Below are positions 1-12,452 of a stretch of 23,672 nucleotides of DNA, piece after piece. The stretch comes from Candidatus Muiribacteriota bacterium. GTDB lineage: Bacteria > Muiribacteriota > Muiribacteriia > Muiribacteriales > Muiribacteriaceae. The notes beneath the pieces are model-generated. The model searched no databases. It worked only from the letters and a program-made list of their open reading frames with translations, and was not told the origin of the DNA. Position 1 is the first letter of the stretch. The number at the start of each line of letters is the position of its first letter. The DNA lies in contig JBNJGP010000017.1 in assembly GCA_051747805.1 (NCBI GenBank), forward strand, positions 12,830-36,501, read 5' to 3'. A program made the translations under genes and the position numbers.

Positions 1-1491
1 TTCTTTTTCCATTTTTTGTCCTCCCTCTTCCTTTAAAATATCCTCACTTTTTTGTTCACTGCTTTCCCTTTGGGGTTTTTCTGACACTTCTTCTTTTTTT
101 TCCTTTTTAACTTCAATATCTGGGTACTTTTCTTTTTCTTTTTGTTCTTTTTTATCCTTTTTAACTTCAATATCTGGGTACTTTTCTTTTTCTTTTTGTT
201 CTTTTTTATCCTTTTTAACTTCAATATCTGGGTACTTTTCTTTTTCTTTTTGTTCTTTTTTAATAGAATTATCACTACTATCGCTTGTTAATGCCATATT
301 TTTTTTATCCTCTTCTTCGTCGAAATCCATTTTTGCATCAACTGAATTTAACTTTTGTCTCATTTTATCAAGTTCTTCTTTGCTTGCAGGAAATTCAAAC
401 TCCCTGTTATATTTATGATCAAGCAATAAATCTGTATTTTCTTCCACAATTCCATAAAGGTTTTCATCTTTGACTTCCTCTTTATTTTCAATTGCCTCAA
501 CAATCTCCTTAACATTGGATAAAAGAGGGTTATATCTCTGTACTTTTTTAATTAAATGAAGCGCCTCCTCGAACTTCTGATTTAAATAATATATAACAGC
601 AAGTTTTACAATCATCTCTATATCAGTTTCATCGGCCTGATAAGACAACTTGTAATATCTAATTGTATTTTTCATATCCCTTACATAATAAGCTATATCA
701 CCGAGCCTCATATAAGGATGTTTTCCACCTGGAACTGCCTGAAGTGACATATCAAAATATTTAAACGCAAATGGAAAATCATTGTTAAGATAAAATATTT
801 CCCCAACTTTCGTCAGAATTCTCGCTTTATTTGAGCTGTTTCTAAAATATTCCTTGGCATGTTTAGAAAAAAGCAGCTTATTAAAAGCATTTGCCGCCTT
901 TGTATATTCTTTTAAAAGCAGGTATAGATTTCCAAGTTTTTCATATACATCAATATTAACGTCGTTAATTTGAACAACTTTTTCATAATATTCTATAGCT
1001 TTATCAAGTTTTTTTTCTTTATACTCATAAAAGCGTGCCAGCGCTTTATACCCAACATCTTTTTTACGTGAAGATTGAATAAAATCATTCCACATTTTTA
1101 CTATTTTTTTTCTTTTTCCCTGCGCCTCATAAACTTCTTCGATTTTTTCATGAATTTCAAAAGAACCTGTAAACTCCACTCCACGGTTTAAAATTCTTAG
1201 AGCTTCTATATAAAGGTGCTGACGCATATAACTTGTTCCCATAATTAAAAAGGGTCCTGACATTTTAGGATTAAAAGTGGCTGCTTCTCTTGAATGAAAA
1301 ACTGCGGCCCTGTAATCATTAGATTTTAAGGCAAGCTCGGCCATTGTATATTTTTTTTCTGCTTTGGAAAGTTCGGGTTCTTTTTTTTTCAGGATTTTAG
1401 GAGGCAGAATTTTGTCAACGTCTGGAAGTTTTTCTGAGCGTTTATTAATTTTATTTTTAATTGTATCTATAATATATCCAATTATTTTCAT
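1..1491 (-). CDS. Tetratricopeptide-repeat (TPR) protein with a charged low-complexity C-terminal region; 3' end beyond the window (at least 497 aa)
   Basis: Not in the ORF track. Manual translation from ATG at 1491 (MKIIGYIIDTIKNK...) is open to position 1. TPR-like segments include YKALARFYEYKEKKLDKAIEYYEKVVQIN and VYEKLGNLYLLLKEYTKAANAFNK. Starts 8 bp after the rsmG stop. Confidence 0.85.
   Translation of the reverse strand, partial: MKIIGYIIDTIKNKINKRSEKLPDVDKILPPKILKKKEPELSKAEKKYTMAELALKSNDYRAAVFHSREAATFNPKMSGPFLIMGTSYMRQHLYIEALRILNRGVEFTGSFEIHEKIEEVYEAQGKRKKIVKMWNDFIQSSRKKDVGYKALARFYEYKEKKLDKAIEYYEKVVQINDVNIDVYEKLGNLYLLLKEYTKAANAFNKLLFSKHAKEYFRNSSNKARILTKVGEIFYLNNDFPFAFKYFDMSLQAVPGGKHPYMRLGDIAYYVRDMKNTIRYYKLSYQADETDIEMIVKLAVIYYLNQKFEEALHLIKKVQRYNPLLSNVKEIVEAIENKEEVKDENLYGIVEENTDLLLDHKYNREFEFPASKEELDKMRQKLNSVDAKMDFDEEEDKKNMALTSDSSDNSIKKEQKEKEKYPDIEVKKDKKEQKEKEKYPDIEVKKDKKEQKEKEKYPDIEVKKEKKEEVSEKPQRESSEQKSEDILKEEGGQKMEKE
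101..262. repeat. Perfect 54-bp tandem repeat x3, in frame within the TPR gene (encodes KKEQKEKEKYPDIEVKKD)
   Basis: Unit TCCTTTTTAACTTCAATATCTGGGTACTTTTCTTTTTCTTTTTGTTCTTTTTTA is identical at 101-154, 155-208 and 209-262. Confidence 0.95.
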
Positions 1492-1499
1492 CTAATTTT

Positions 1500-2150
1500 T
1501 TATTCCTGTTTATTTTTTTCAAGAAGAATAATTGACCTGTATGAATTATACAAATCATAATCAAACTCTTGCTTATAATTTAACATATTCTTTTTCATAT
1601 ATGAAGAAACTTTTTTATATTTAAGCTCTTTTTTAAATTTTGGAGTTTTATAATTTATTGATATTCCACCTCTTTTTAAAAAAGAGGTTGTCCACTTAAT
1701 CCATTTTAAGGGGTCAGAAACAAGTGCTTTTGCTGTTACATAATTATACTTGTAATGTTTGTTTAAAACCTTTTCTGCCCTGTTATAAATTATATTAACA
1801 TCAATTTCCATATAATTTTGAAGCTCTTTTAAAAATTTTATCTTTTTCAGCTCAGCATCAAGCAGTGTTACATTTAACTGAGGAAAAATTATTTTATATA
1901 TAAAACCGGGTAACCCATTACCGCTTCCTATATCTATTAAATCTCCACTCATATTATCAATAAGCTTTTTTATTAATATACAATCAAAAACATTTTTTAT
2001 AAAAAATGTTTCTTTATCTTTAATTGAGGCCAGATTTCTGGTTTTATTGTTTTCAATTAAAAAATTAAAATATTTTAAAATCTCTTTTTTCTGATTTTTT
2101 TCAATATTTAACCCAAACTTTAAAAGATAGTTATCAAGTTTTTTTTCCAT
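1500..2150 (-). CDS. rsmG: 16S rRNA (guanine(527)-N7)-methyltransferase RsmG/GidB
   Basis: SAM-binding motif [22 protein letters not shown] and RAE; lies directly downstream of mnmG, as is typical. Confidence 0.92.
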   Translation of the reverse strand: MEKKLDNYLLKFGLNIEKNQKKEILKYFNFLIENNKTRNLASIKDKETFFIKNVFDCILIKKLIDNMSGDLIDIGSGNGLPGFIYKIIFPQLNVTLLDAELKKIKFLKELQNYMEIDVNIIYNRAEKVLNKHYKYNYVTAKALVSDPLKWIKWTTSFLKRGGISINYKTPKFKKELKYKKVSSYMKKNMLNYKQEFDYDLYNSYRSIILLEKNKQE

Positions 2151-3921
2151 AATGTTTCCTTATATAAAAAATTATTGAGGTAATATCAGAAGCATTTACA
2201 CCAGGTATAACAGAAGCATCTCTAATTGTTGCTGGTTTATATTTTTTTAATTTCTGTCTTCCCTCAATTGAAATATTTATAAGCCTGTCATAATTAAGGT
2301 CTTCGGGTATTTTAAATTCTGCCCAGTCTTTATTCATCTGTAAGTATTTCTGGGCTTTCTTTATATATCCCTCATAAAGTATTTCACTTTCTATTATAAC
2401 CCAGTCATTTGGTTCAAATTCATATTTTTTTAATTTTTCATCTGGTGTTTTTAATATTTCTTTTAAGTTTTTCCCCTCTTTTTTTAATTTTTTAGAAACA
2501 GAAATTACCTCGTTTATATTTTCTTTTTTTCTTTTTAAAAAATCATATTTTTTTTTATTAATCATTCCAGCTTTGTATGAAAGTTCAAAAAGTCTTATAT
2601 TTGCATTATCCTGCCTGACAGCCATTCTACTATCCATTCTTGAGGTAAACATTCTATAGGGTTCATTTGTTCCTTTTAAAACAAGGTCATCAATCAAGGT
2701 TCCTATATAGGAATAGTTTCGAAAAATTTCCAGAGGTTTCTCCCCTTTTATACTTAAAGCTGCATTAATACCTGCGACTAAACCCTGGGCGGCAGCCTCT
2801 TCATATCCTGAGGTTCCGTTAATCTGTCCTGCAAAAAATATTCCTTTAATTCTTTTTGATTCAAGTGTCTTTTTTAAAGAAGTTGAATCGATTGCATAAT
2901 ACTCAACAGCATATCCTGGTTTGTACATATGGGCATTTTCAAGTCCCGGTATATATTTTAACATTTGCAGCTGTACATCTTCGGGAAGAGAAGTTGAAAA
3001 ACCCTGCATATAATATTCATCTGTGTGAAAACCCTCGCTTTCTAGAAAAATTTTATGACTGTCTTTTTCTTTAAATCTTGTGATTTTATCTTCAATAGAG
3101 GGGCAGTATCTCGGTCCTGTCCCTCTAATAATACCCTGATAAAGTGGTGAACGATGAATATTCCTGCTTATAATTTCATGTACTTTTATATTTGTTCTTG
3201 TTATAAAACAAGGTATCAAAGCTCTTCTGTTTTGATGATTTTTATAGGAAAACCAGGTACCTGGGTTTTCTGAAGGTTGTATGGTGGTTTGTTTAAAATC
3301 AATTGTTTTGCCCTTAATTCGTGGTGTAGTTCCGGTTTTAAAAAGAGAAAGTTTAAACCCCAGATTTTTAAGATTATCTGCAAGTTTAATACTGGCCGAT
3401 TCGCCATATCTTCCAGCCTTATAATTAATATCTCCAATATGTACTTTTCCTCCAAGAAAAGTTCCAGTTGCTAAAATAAGCCTGTCTGCAGAAAAAAAAG
3501 TGTTATTTCTTGTTTTAACTTTTATAAATCTGTCCTTTTGGGTAATTATTTCTGTTACCATATCCTGCTTTAAATAGATATTTTGATTATTTTCCAGTTT
3601 ATTTTTCATTAATATTCTATAATCTTCTCTGTCTATCTGGGCTCTGAGAGAATGAACTGCAGTTCCTCCGGCAGTATTGAGTGTTCTTATATGAATTGTA
3701 GTTTTATCAGTAATTTCAGGCATTAATCCACCAAAAACATCCAGTTCTCTAACTATTTGACTTTTTCCGGGCCCACCAATTGATGGATTACAGGGAGTTT
3801 CTCCTATTGTATCAAGATTAGGCGTAATAAGAAGTGTTTTAATATTTTTTTTTGCAGCAGCCCATGCAGCCTCACAGCCTGCATGTCCTCCTCCAATAAC
3901 AATTAAATCGTATTTATTCAT
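2134..3921 (-). CDS. mnmG: tRNA uridine-5-carboxymethylaminomethyl(34) synthesis enzyme MnmG/GidA, paralog B (595 aa)
   Basis: [13 protein letters not shown] motif, [45 protein letters not shown]. Confidence 0.93.
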   Translation of the reverse strand: MNKYDLIVIGGGHAGCEAAWAAAKKNIKTLLITPNLDTIGETPCNPSIGGPGKSQIVRELDVFGGLMPEITDKTTIHIRTLNTAGGTAVHSLRAQIDREDYRILMKNKLENNQNIYLKQDMVTEIITQKDRFIKVKTRNNTFFSADRLILATGTFLGGKVHIGDINYKAGRYGESASIKLADNLKNLGFKLSLFKTGTTPRIKGKTIDFKQTTIQPSENPGTWFSYKNHQNRRALIPCFITRTNIKVHEIISRNIHRSPLYQGIIRGTGPRYCPSIEDKITRFKEKDSHKIFLESEGFHTDEYYMQGFSTSLPEDVQLQMLKYIPGLENAHMYKPGYAVEYYAIDSTSLKKTLESKRIKGIFFAGQINGTSGYEEAAAQGLVAGINAALSIKGEKPLEIFRNYSYIGTLIDDLVLKGTNEPYRMFTSRMDSRMAVRQDNANIRLFELSYKAGMINKKKYDFLKRKKENINEVISVSKKLKKEGKNLKEILKTPDEKLKKYEFEPNDWVIIESEILYEGYIKKAQKYLQMNKDWAEFKIPEDLNYDRLINISIEGRQKLKKYKPATIRDASVIPGVNASDITSIIFYIRKHYGKKT

Positions 3922-5824
3922 GATTTTTCCCTGTATTATGAACTCGTTTCTGATTTTTTTTATTTTTTATAAATATATATATCATATTTAAATCATTGCT
4001 GGATATTCCAGGAATATTTTTTATATCCCCAAAAGTTTCAGGATTAAATTTTTTAAGATTTTCCCTTGCCTCAGTTGAAATATGTTTAATATGTTCAAAA
4101 TTCAACTCTTTTGGGATTTTTATTTTTTCCATTTTTTTAACTCTTTTTGCCTCTCTATACTGTTTTTTTATATAACCTTCATACTTTGTTTCAGTTTCAA
4201 GAATTTTTTGTATTTTATTATCTGAACATAATGAACCAGTAATTTTTTCAATTACTTCTATATTTATTTCAGGCCTTTTCAAAAGTTCCCATACTTTAAG
4301 CGTATTTTTTATTTTACATCCTGCCTTTTTAAGTATTTCATCATTTTTTTTATTTTTTTCAATATTTGTATTTTTTAATTTTTTCCGGGTTTTATGAAGT
4401 TTCATTCTATACTGTCTTACTTTTAAAAAATCATTTTCTGATAAAAGTCCAAGTTTATATGCTAGAGGCGAAAGTCTCAGCACCGCGTTATCCTGTCTTA
4501 AAAGAAGGCGGTATTCAGCATTTGACGTAAACATTCTATAAGGCTCATAATGTTCTTTTGAAATAAGGTCATCAATTAACACGCCTATATAAGAGCTTGT
4601 TCTATCTGGAATATATGCAGATAATTTCTTAACTTTTCTTGCCGCGTTTATTCCTGCAACAATTCCCTGCGCAGCAGCTTCTTCATAACCAGATGTTCCA
4701 TTTATCTGTCCTGCAGTGAATAATCCGCCAATTTTTTTTGTTTCAAGCGTTTTTTTAAGCTGAAAAGAATTTATCATATCATACTCAATACCATATGCAG
4801 GACGCATTATTTCAATATTTTCAAACCCCTGTATTGTTTGCAGAACTTCCTGTTGAATATTTTCCGGAGTTGCCGAAGTTAATCCCTGAAGATACATTTC
4901 CTGTGTATTTTCTCCCTCAGGCTCCACAAAAATCTGATGCATCTTTTTTTCTGGAAAACTCATTATTTTTCTATCAAAAGATGGGCAGTATCTTGGCCCC
5001 TTTTCTGTAATATTTTTTAAAATTAAAGGAGAGTATTCAAGTCCCTTTTTTAAGGTTTTTATTGTATTTTCATTGGTATATGCTAGATATGTTGGAAATT
5101 TTTCTAAACTATTTTTATCTTCAAAAAAAGAAAGAGAACTATTGTCTAAATCATTTTCAATTTTTTTAAGTTTTGAAAAATCAACAGTATTTTTTTTTAT
5201 TCGTGGAGGGGTGGCTGTTTGAAAACGGCATAGTTTAATTCCCTTTTTTTTAAGATTTTCTGACAATAAATTTGAGGGCATTTGATTATGAGGTCCTCCC
5301 CCGTATTTCTTGGTACCGATTACTATCTCGCTTTTTAAATATGTTCCAGAAGTAAGAATTATATTTTCGCTTTCATAAATAATATCTGTCGCCGTTTTTA
5401 TACCGGTAACTCTATTATTTTTGACCAGAATATCAACTACCTCCGCCTGAATAAAATCCAATCCGGCAGTATTAATCAAGGTGTATTTCATCTCAAGCGA
5501 GTATTTTTTTTTATCTGCTTGAGCTCTAACTGCCTGTACGGCAGGACCTTTTGACGTATTCAGTGTTTTAATATGAATATGAGTTTTTTGAATATTACGT
5601 CCGATTTCTCCACCAAGAGCATCAATTTCATATACAAGATGACTTTTACCCGGACCTCCAATTGACGGATTACATGGCATAAGAGCCACTGCATCCATAT
5701 TAAGAGTTATAAGAAGAGTTTTTACCCCGATTTTCGCACAGGAAAGAGCCGCTTCGCAACCCGCATGACCCGCACCAATAACTATTACATCATACTGTTT
5801 AGATTTATTCTGGCGTTTCATCAC
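3914..5824 (-). CDS. mnmG: MnmG/GidA, paralog A (636 aa; start may be the ATG at 5821)
   Basis: [70 protein letters not shown]. Confidence 0.93.
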   Translation of the reverse strand: MMKRQNKSKQYDVIVIGAGHAGCEAALSCAKIGVKTLLITLNMDAVALMPCNPSIGGPGKSHLVYEIDALGGEIGRNIQKTHIHIKTLNTSKGPAVQAVRAQADKKKYSLEMKYTLINTAGLDFIQAEVVDILVKNNRVTGIKTATDIIYESENIILTSGTYLKSEIVIGTKKYGGGPHNQMPSNLLSENLKKKGIKLCRFQTATPPRIKKNTVDFSKLKKIENDLDNSSLSFFEDKNSLEKFPTYLAYTNENTIKTLKKGLEYSPLILKNITEKGPRYCPSFDRKIMSFPEKKMHQIFVEPEGENTQEMYLQGLTSATPENIQQEVLQTIQGFENIEIMRPAYGIEYDMINSFQLKKTLETKKIGGLFTAGQINGTSGYEEAAAQGIVAGINAARKVKKLSAYIPDRTSSYIGVLIDDLISKEHYEPYRMFTSNAEYRLLLRQDNAVLRLSPLAYKLGLLSENDFLKVRQYRMKLHKTRKKLKNTNIEKNKKNDEILKKAGCKIKNTLKVWELLKRPEINIEVIEKITGSLCSDNKIQKILETETKYEGYIKKQYREAKRVKKMEKIKIPKELNFEHIKHISTEARENLKKFNPETFGDIKNIPGISSNDLNMIYIFIKNKKNQKRVHNTGKNHE

Positions 5825-6159
5825 TTTTTGGTATTTACCGGTCGAAATACTGTTTCACCTTCTTTTACATAATTTAATTTTAATCTAGCCTCTTTTTCAA
5901 TTCCGTCAAGTGTATTTAAGGCTTCTATTTTATCTTCCAGCTTATCCATTTTTTTCTGAAGTTTGTTTACCTGAAGCTGTTTTTCATGGGCTACAACTCG
6001 AAGATTAGATATTCTAGCATGATTTACTCTGAAAGCCGTAAAAATAGTAAATGCAATAAAAAAAAATACAATAATAATCATTTTATTTGAAACTTTTAAA
6101 ACTATTTTATTTAAACGTTTTTTTCTTTCTTCAGAATCAAGATAAACAATTTTTTTCAT
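5821..6159 (-). CDS. Septum formation initiator family protein (FtsB/DivIC-like)
   Basis: Short basic N-terminus, one TM helix (IIIVFFFIAFTIFTAF), a coiled coil, and C-terminal IEKEARLKLNYVKEGETVF matching the FtsB/DivIC E..AR..L..VK.GE pattern. Confidence 0.8.
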   Translation of the reverse strand: MKKIVYLDSEERKKRLNKIVLKVSNKMIIIVFFFIAFTIFTAFRVNHARISNLRVVAHEKQLQVNKLQKKMDKLEDKIEALNTLDGIEKEARLKLNYVKEGETVFRPVNTKK

Positions 6160-6174
6160 AATTAATTTTTCGAC

Positions 6175-6206
6175 AAAAAAAGGGCAATCATAAAGATTGC
6201 CCTTTT
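6175..6206 (-). terminator. Intrinsic terminator after gyrA (possibly bidirectional)
   Basis: 12-bp inverted repeat AAAAGGGCAATC-ATAAA-GATTGCCCTTTT (6178-6206), with a T7 run on the minus strand; 12 bp past the gyrA stop. Confidence 0.85.
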
Positions 6207-6218
6207 ATATTTTTCATT

Positions 6219-8675
6219 CTAATCACTGGACTGATTAGAAGTTTCTACTTCTTCTTCTGGATTAATTATTTCCCCGGCAACCACAGTATCATCATTATTT
6301 AACTTCATAATAATATTTCCCTGTGTAGCACGACTCATCGCACGTATATCCTTTACTTTTGTTCTTATAATCATTCCCTTGCGTGAAATTAACAGCAGCT
6401 CATCTTCATCTACCACTCTCATAATACTGATAACCTCCCCTGTTTTTGGGGTAAGTCTAATATTTATAACACCCTGACTTGCTCTTTTGGTTAACCGGTA
6501 TGAAGATATTTTTGTTCTTTTTCCAAAACCATATCTGGTAATTGTTAAAATAGTGTTTTCAGGATCACTTGAGGCACAGGCACCAATTATTTCATCACCT
6601 TTTTTCAAATTCATTCCCTTTACACCACGGGCAGTTCTTCCAATTGATCTTACATCACTTTCTTTAAATCTGATAGCTTTTCCAAACTTAGACCCCATAA
6701 TTATTTCCTGATTACCGTCGGTTAAGAAAACTTCTTTTATTTCATCTCCTTCATCAAGGTTAATCGCAATTATTCCACCTCTCCTTATATTTGCATAATT
6801 ATCCAGACTTGTTTTCTTTATTACTCCCTTTCTGGTTATCATACAAACAAAAGTTTCCGGAGAAAATTCCCTTACAGGAATAAGCGACTTAATTTCTTCT
6901 GTTTTGTCTATTTGAAGGAAATTTACAATAGCCTTTCCTTTTGCCTGTCTAGAAGAAAAAGGAATTTCAAATGCTCTCTTCAAATATACTTTCCCGTTTG
7001 AAGAGAAGAACATCAGATAATCATGTGTTTCGGCTACTATTAAATTTCTTGCAAAATCATCATCTTTTAATTTTCCGCCAGTTATTCCCTTTCCCCCGCG
7101 TTTTTGAGCTTTATATGTATCTATTGGAATACTTTTTATATATCCTGCTTTAGTTGTTGTAATAACAGTCTGTTCATTTGCTATTAAATCAATATCATCT
7201 AAAGCATCAATACTTCTTCCAATTTTTGTTTTTCTTTCATCGCCAAATTTATTTTTAATTTCATCCAGCTCTTCTTTTATTATATTAAGAATTTTTTGAG
7301 TTGAGGCAAGTATTGACTTTAGTTCCTCGATTAATTCTTTAGTTTTCTTATAATCATCAAGGATTTTTTCTCTTTCAAGACCTGTAAGTTTCTGAAGTTT
7401 CATATCCAGAATTGCTTTTGCCTGAACTTCGCTGAGCTTGAATTTTTCCATAAGTTCATTTTTAGCTGTTTCTGTATCTTTAGAAGCTCTAATAAGTGTA
7501 ATAATTTCATCTATATTATCAAGAGCTATTATTAAACCTTCCAGTAGATGTGCTTTCTGCTCGGCCTTCTTTAAATCATAATTTGTTCTTCTGATAATAA
7601 CAGTTTTTCTATGCTCAAGAAAATGTTCCAGAGTCTGTTTCAGATTAAGTTGTTTAGGCTCATTATTTACAAGTGCCAGTATGATTATTCCAAACGTATT
7701 CTGCATATCTGTATGCTTGTAAAGATTATTTAAAACAACGTTGGCGTTACTGTCCTTTCTTATTTCAATAACAATTCTCATTCCATCTCGGTCTGATTCA
7801 TCTCTTATATCACTTATTCCTTCAATTTTCTTCTCTTTTACATGATTTGCTATTTTCTGAATTAGATTAGCTTTATTAACCATATAGGGAAGTTCATGTA
7901 CTATTATTCTTTCTTTTCCTTTTTTATCTTCTATTTCAGCTCTTGCCCTTACTTTAACCTTTCCTCTTCCTGTATTATAAGCTTGCTTTATACCTTCTCT
8001 TCCTAATATTATACCGCCAGTTGGGAAATCAGGTCCTTTTACATATTCAATAAGTTCTGAAGCTTCAATTAGCGGATTATCAATCAAAGCCTTTATTCCA
8101 TCAACAAGTTCAGAAAGATTGTGAGGGGGTATATTAGTTGCCATTCCAACCGCTATTCCCGAGGCTCCGTTCATCAACAGCCCGGGAATTTTTGAAGGCA
8201 GTACTGAAGGTTCTTTTAAGGTTTCATCAAAGTTTAAACTCCAGTCAATTGTTTCTTTATCAATATCATCAAGTGTATAACTTGCTATTTTTCCCATTCT
8301 GACTTCTGTATATCTCATGGCTGCTGCAGAATCTCCATCAACACTTCCAAAGTTACCATGTCCATCTACTAAACAGTATCTGGAAGAAAAATCCTGAGCC
8401 ATTCTCACCATTGCATCATATACTGAAGTATCGCCATGCGGATGATATTTACCTAAAACATCACCAACAATCCTTGCAGATTTTTTATAAGCTTTATTTG
8501 ACGTTACCCCCAGCTCGTTCATAGCATAAAGAATTCGTCTATGAACAGGTTTCAACCCGTCCCTGACGTCTGGCAATGCTCTTGATACAATAACGCTCAT
8601 CGCATAGTTGATATAAGAATCGCGCATTATATCTTCGATATAAAGATCTTCCGTTCTGTCTCTGTTATCTTCCAT
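6219..8675 (-). CDS. gyrA: DNA gyrase subunit A
   Basis: [22 protein letters not shown], catalytic AAMRY, GyrA-box QKRGGKG, C-terminal pinwheel repeats. Confidence 0.98.
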   Translation of the reverse strand: MEDNRDRTEDLYIEDIMRDSYINYAMSVIVSRALPDVRDGLKPVHRRILYAMNELGVTSNKAYKKSARIVGDVLGKYHPHGDTSVYDAMVRMAQDFSSRYCLVDGHGNFGSVDGDSAAAMRYTEVRMGKIASYTLDDIDKETIDWSLNFDETLKEPSVLPSKIPGLLMNGASGIAVGMATNIPPHNLSELVDGIKALIDNPLIEASELIEYVKGPDFPTGGIILGREGIKQAYNTGRGKVKVRARAEIEDKKGKERIIVHELPYMVNKANLIQKIANHVKEKKIEGISDIRDESDRDGMRIVIEIRKDSNANVVLNNLYKHTDMQNTFGIIILALVNNEPKQLNLKQTLEHFLEHRKTVIIRRTNYDLKKAEQKAHLLEGLIIALDNIDEIITLIRASKDTETAKNELMEKFKLSEVQAKAILDMKLQKLTGLEREKILDDYKKTKELIEELKSILASTQKILNIIKEELDEIKNKFGDERKTKIGRSIDALDDIDLIANEQTVITTTKAGYIKSIPIDTYKAQKRGGKGITGGKLKDDDFARNLIVAETHDYLMFFSSNGKVYLKRAFEIPFSSRQAKGKAIVNFLQIDKTEEIKSLIPVREFSPETFVCMITRKGVIKKTSLDNYANIRRGGIIAINLDEGDEIKEVFLTDGNQEIIMGSKFGKAIRFKESDVRSIGRTARGVKGMNLKKGDEIIGACASSDPENTILTITRYGFGKRTKISSYRLTKRASQGVINIRLTPKTGEVISIMRVVDEDELLLISRKGMIIRTKVKDIRAMSRATQGNIIMKLNNDDTVVAGEIINPEEEVETSNQSSD

Positions 8676-8686
8676 CTTTCACTCCA

Positions 8687-10808
<2,122 letters not shown>

Positions 10809-11333
10809 CTAATTTTTACCACACCAAGCACATTTTTTATCATTATAAACAGATTTACAATTTTTGCAAATTTTATATCCATGTTCAGTAAAATATTTTT
10901 CAAATTTCTTTTTTTTTATAAAAAGTTTAAGAAATTTTTGTTTCAACTCCTCGTCCTTCAGCTTCTGAACGATCTTCAGGGCTTTCTTCCTTTCTTTTTC
11001 ATCGATTTTTACCCGGTCTAGATTTATTTTCCATTCGCTTTTTCTTTTTATACTTTTTTTCTTTTCTACCTCGAACTTGATTTTTTTTATATTTGAATCA
11101 AATTCATTAATTTTTCTTTCAAGTGTATTTTTTACAAACGATATATTCTGCATCCAGGCTGAATCGGTAACAGAAATATATAAAATATCATTTTGAAGTC
11201 TATTAATTTTTAAAATATTTCTGAGTTCTTTTCCAACAAGTTTATCCCAATGTTTTAATATTCTAAAAAAAGTTCTTCCTCTGAACTTACCATAATTTTT
11301 AAAAAGATGGGAAAAAGCTTGTTTTTCAATCAC
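10809..11333 (-). CDS. dciA: DUF721/DciA-family replicative helicase loader with a C-terminal Zn ribbon
   Basis: W..LVG..L....KI..L...ILYISV.DSAW.Q.I.F.K..L..KIN pattern plus CKNC...CAWC; directly after recF. Start placed at the in-frame GTG 11333 because the track start (11507) overlaps recF by 155 bp; exact start uncertain. Confidence 0.75.
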   Translation of the reverse strand: MIEKQAFSHLFKNYGKFRGRTFFRILKHWDKLVGKELRNILKINRLQNDILYISVTDSAWMQNISFVKNTLERKINEFDSNIKKIKFEVEKKKSIKRKSEWKINLDRVKIDEKERKKALKIVQKLKDEELKQKFLKLFIKKKKFEKYFTEHGYKICKNCKSVYNDKKCAWCGKN

Positions 11334-11352
11334 CTCATCCGGCTTAATAACT

Positions 11353-12441
11353 TCATCCGAGCCTGTAAATTTTTTCGCTTTGTAATTTTTCCTCAACCTC
11401 TCCCCCGTTAATATAATAAACTTTTTTATTTTCCATACTATCAAGAATATTTTTATCAATATTATTGGCGGAAATAAAAACCTGAAACCCTTCTGACGTA
11501 AACTCAAGCAATCCCTTCTGATGATTTAAATCCAGCTCAGAAAAAACATCATCAAGAATTAGAATTGGTTTCTCATTTATAATATTTTCAATAATTTGAG
11601 CCTGAGCTATTTTTAAACTTATTATAAGTGTTCTTATCTGACCTTGCGACGCAGTGTTACGAGAGTTTTTTCCATCAATATAAATTTTTAAATCATTTCT
11701 ATGAGGTCCTATAGATGTAAACCCTCTTCTTTCATCTTTTAACTGAACACAGCGAAGCATTTCTTCGTTTAAACTGAATTCCCCTGTATATTTTATTTCT
11801 ATCCTGTTGGTGGTTCCAGATATTTGATTATATATTTTTTCCAGCCTGTTTGAAATATTTTCCAGAGTCTTTTTTCTTTTTTGAAGCAGAAAGTTTGCAC
11901 TCTCGATAAAAATATCATCCCATACTCTGTAATTCTGTTTGTTTTTAAGAAGAATATTTCTATTCCCCAGTATTTTACAGTATCTCAGCAGTTCCTTATA
12001 GTATGATGGAAATATTTGACTAGAAATTTCATTTATGAATTTTCTACGATTCGCCGGTTCTTTTTTTATAATTTTTAAATCATCCGGGGTAAAAGTAACA
12101 AATTTATTCATTGCAAGTAAATCATCAAAATCTGAAGGAACATTATCAATAAAAATTTTTTTTGATTTTTTTTCTACTTCTATATCTATTTTTCTGTCAC
12201 CATTATTATATAGGTATAACGAGGATATATTAATTTTTTTTTCCTCTTTACCTAAAGTTAAAATATTGTTTAAATTTTTTGTTTTAAATGACTTTATTAA
12301 ACCTGAAAAATAAACTGATTCAAGCAAATTCGTTTTTCCCTGTCCATTTCTGCCAAGAAAAATATTAAAATTATTTTCTAAATCAATCCGGGCATTTGAA
12401 ATATTTCTAAACCCTTTTATTTTTAAATTTTTAATATTCAT
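11353..12441 (-). CDS. recF: DNA replication/repair protein RecF
   Basis: GFRN, Walker A GRNGQGKTN, GPHRNDL, signature ASQGQ, Walker B LILDDVFSELD. Confidence 0.96.
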   Translation of the reverse strand: MNIKNLKIKGFRNISNARIDLENNFNIFLGRNGQGKTNLLESVYFSGLIKSFKTKNLNNILTLGKEEKKINISSLYLYNNGDRKIDIEVEKKSKKIFIDNVPSDFDDLLAMNKFVTFTPDDLKIIKKEPANRRKFINEISSQIFPSYYKELLRYCKILGNRNILLKNKQNYRVWDDIFIESANFLLQKRKKTLENISNRLEKIYNQISGTTNRIEIKYTGEFSLNEEMLRCVQLKDERRGFTSIGPHRNDLKIYIDGKNSRNTASQGQIRTLIISLKIAQAQIIENIINEKPILILDDVFSELDLNHQKGLLEFTSEGFQVFISANNIDKNILDSMENKKVYYINGGEVEEKLQSEKIYRLG

Positions 12442-12452
12442 ATTTTTTTCTA

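Noticed and set aside
101..262. Possible CRISPR array
   Set aside because: Units are contiguous with no unique spacers, and they are in frame within a CDS.
33..275. 80-aa Lys-rich ORF in the track
   Set aside because: Alternative frame of the 54-bp repeat inside the longer TPR ORF.
2134..5824. mnmG pair as an assembly duplication, a frameshifted single gene, or MnmG plus TrmFO
   Set aside because: Both are full-length (about 600 aa), strongly diverged from each other, and carry MnmG-specific C-terminal regions; TrmFO is much shorter.
5851..5860. TGTTTCAC as a parS site
   Set aside because: Half-site only, inside a CDS; no full parS palindrome noticed by eye in the window.
8425..8450. GyrA HPHGDT (Thr at the E. 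coli Ser83 position) as a quinolone-resistance allele
   Set aside because: Thr is the wild-type residue in many bacteria.
11334..11507. N-terminal extension of the DciA ORF
   Set aside because: Overlaps the recF 3' end in another frame; the domain similarity begins downstream.
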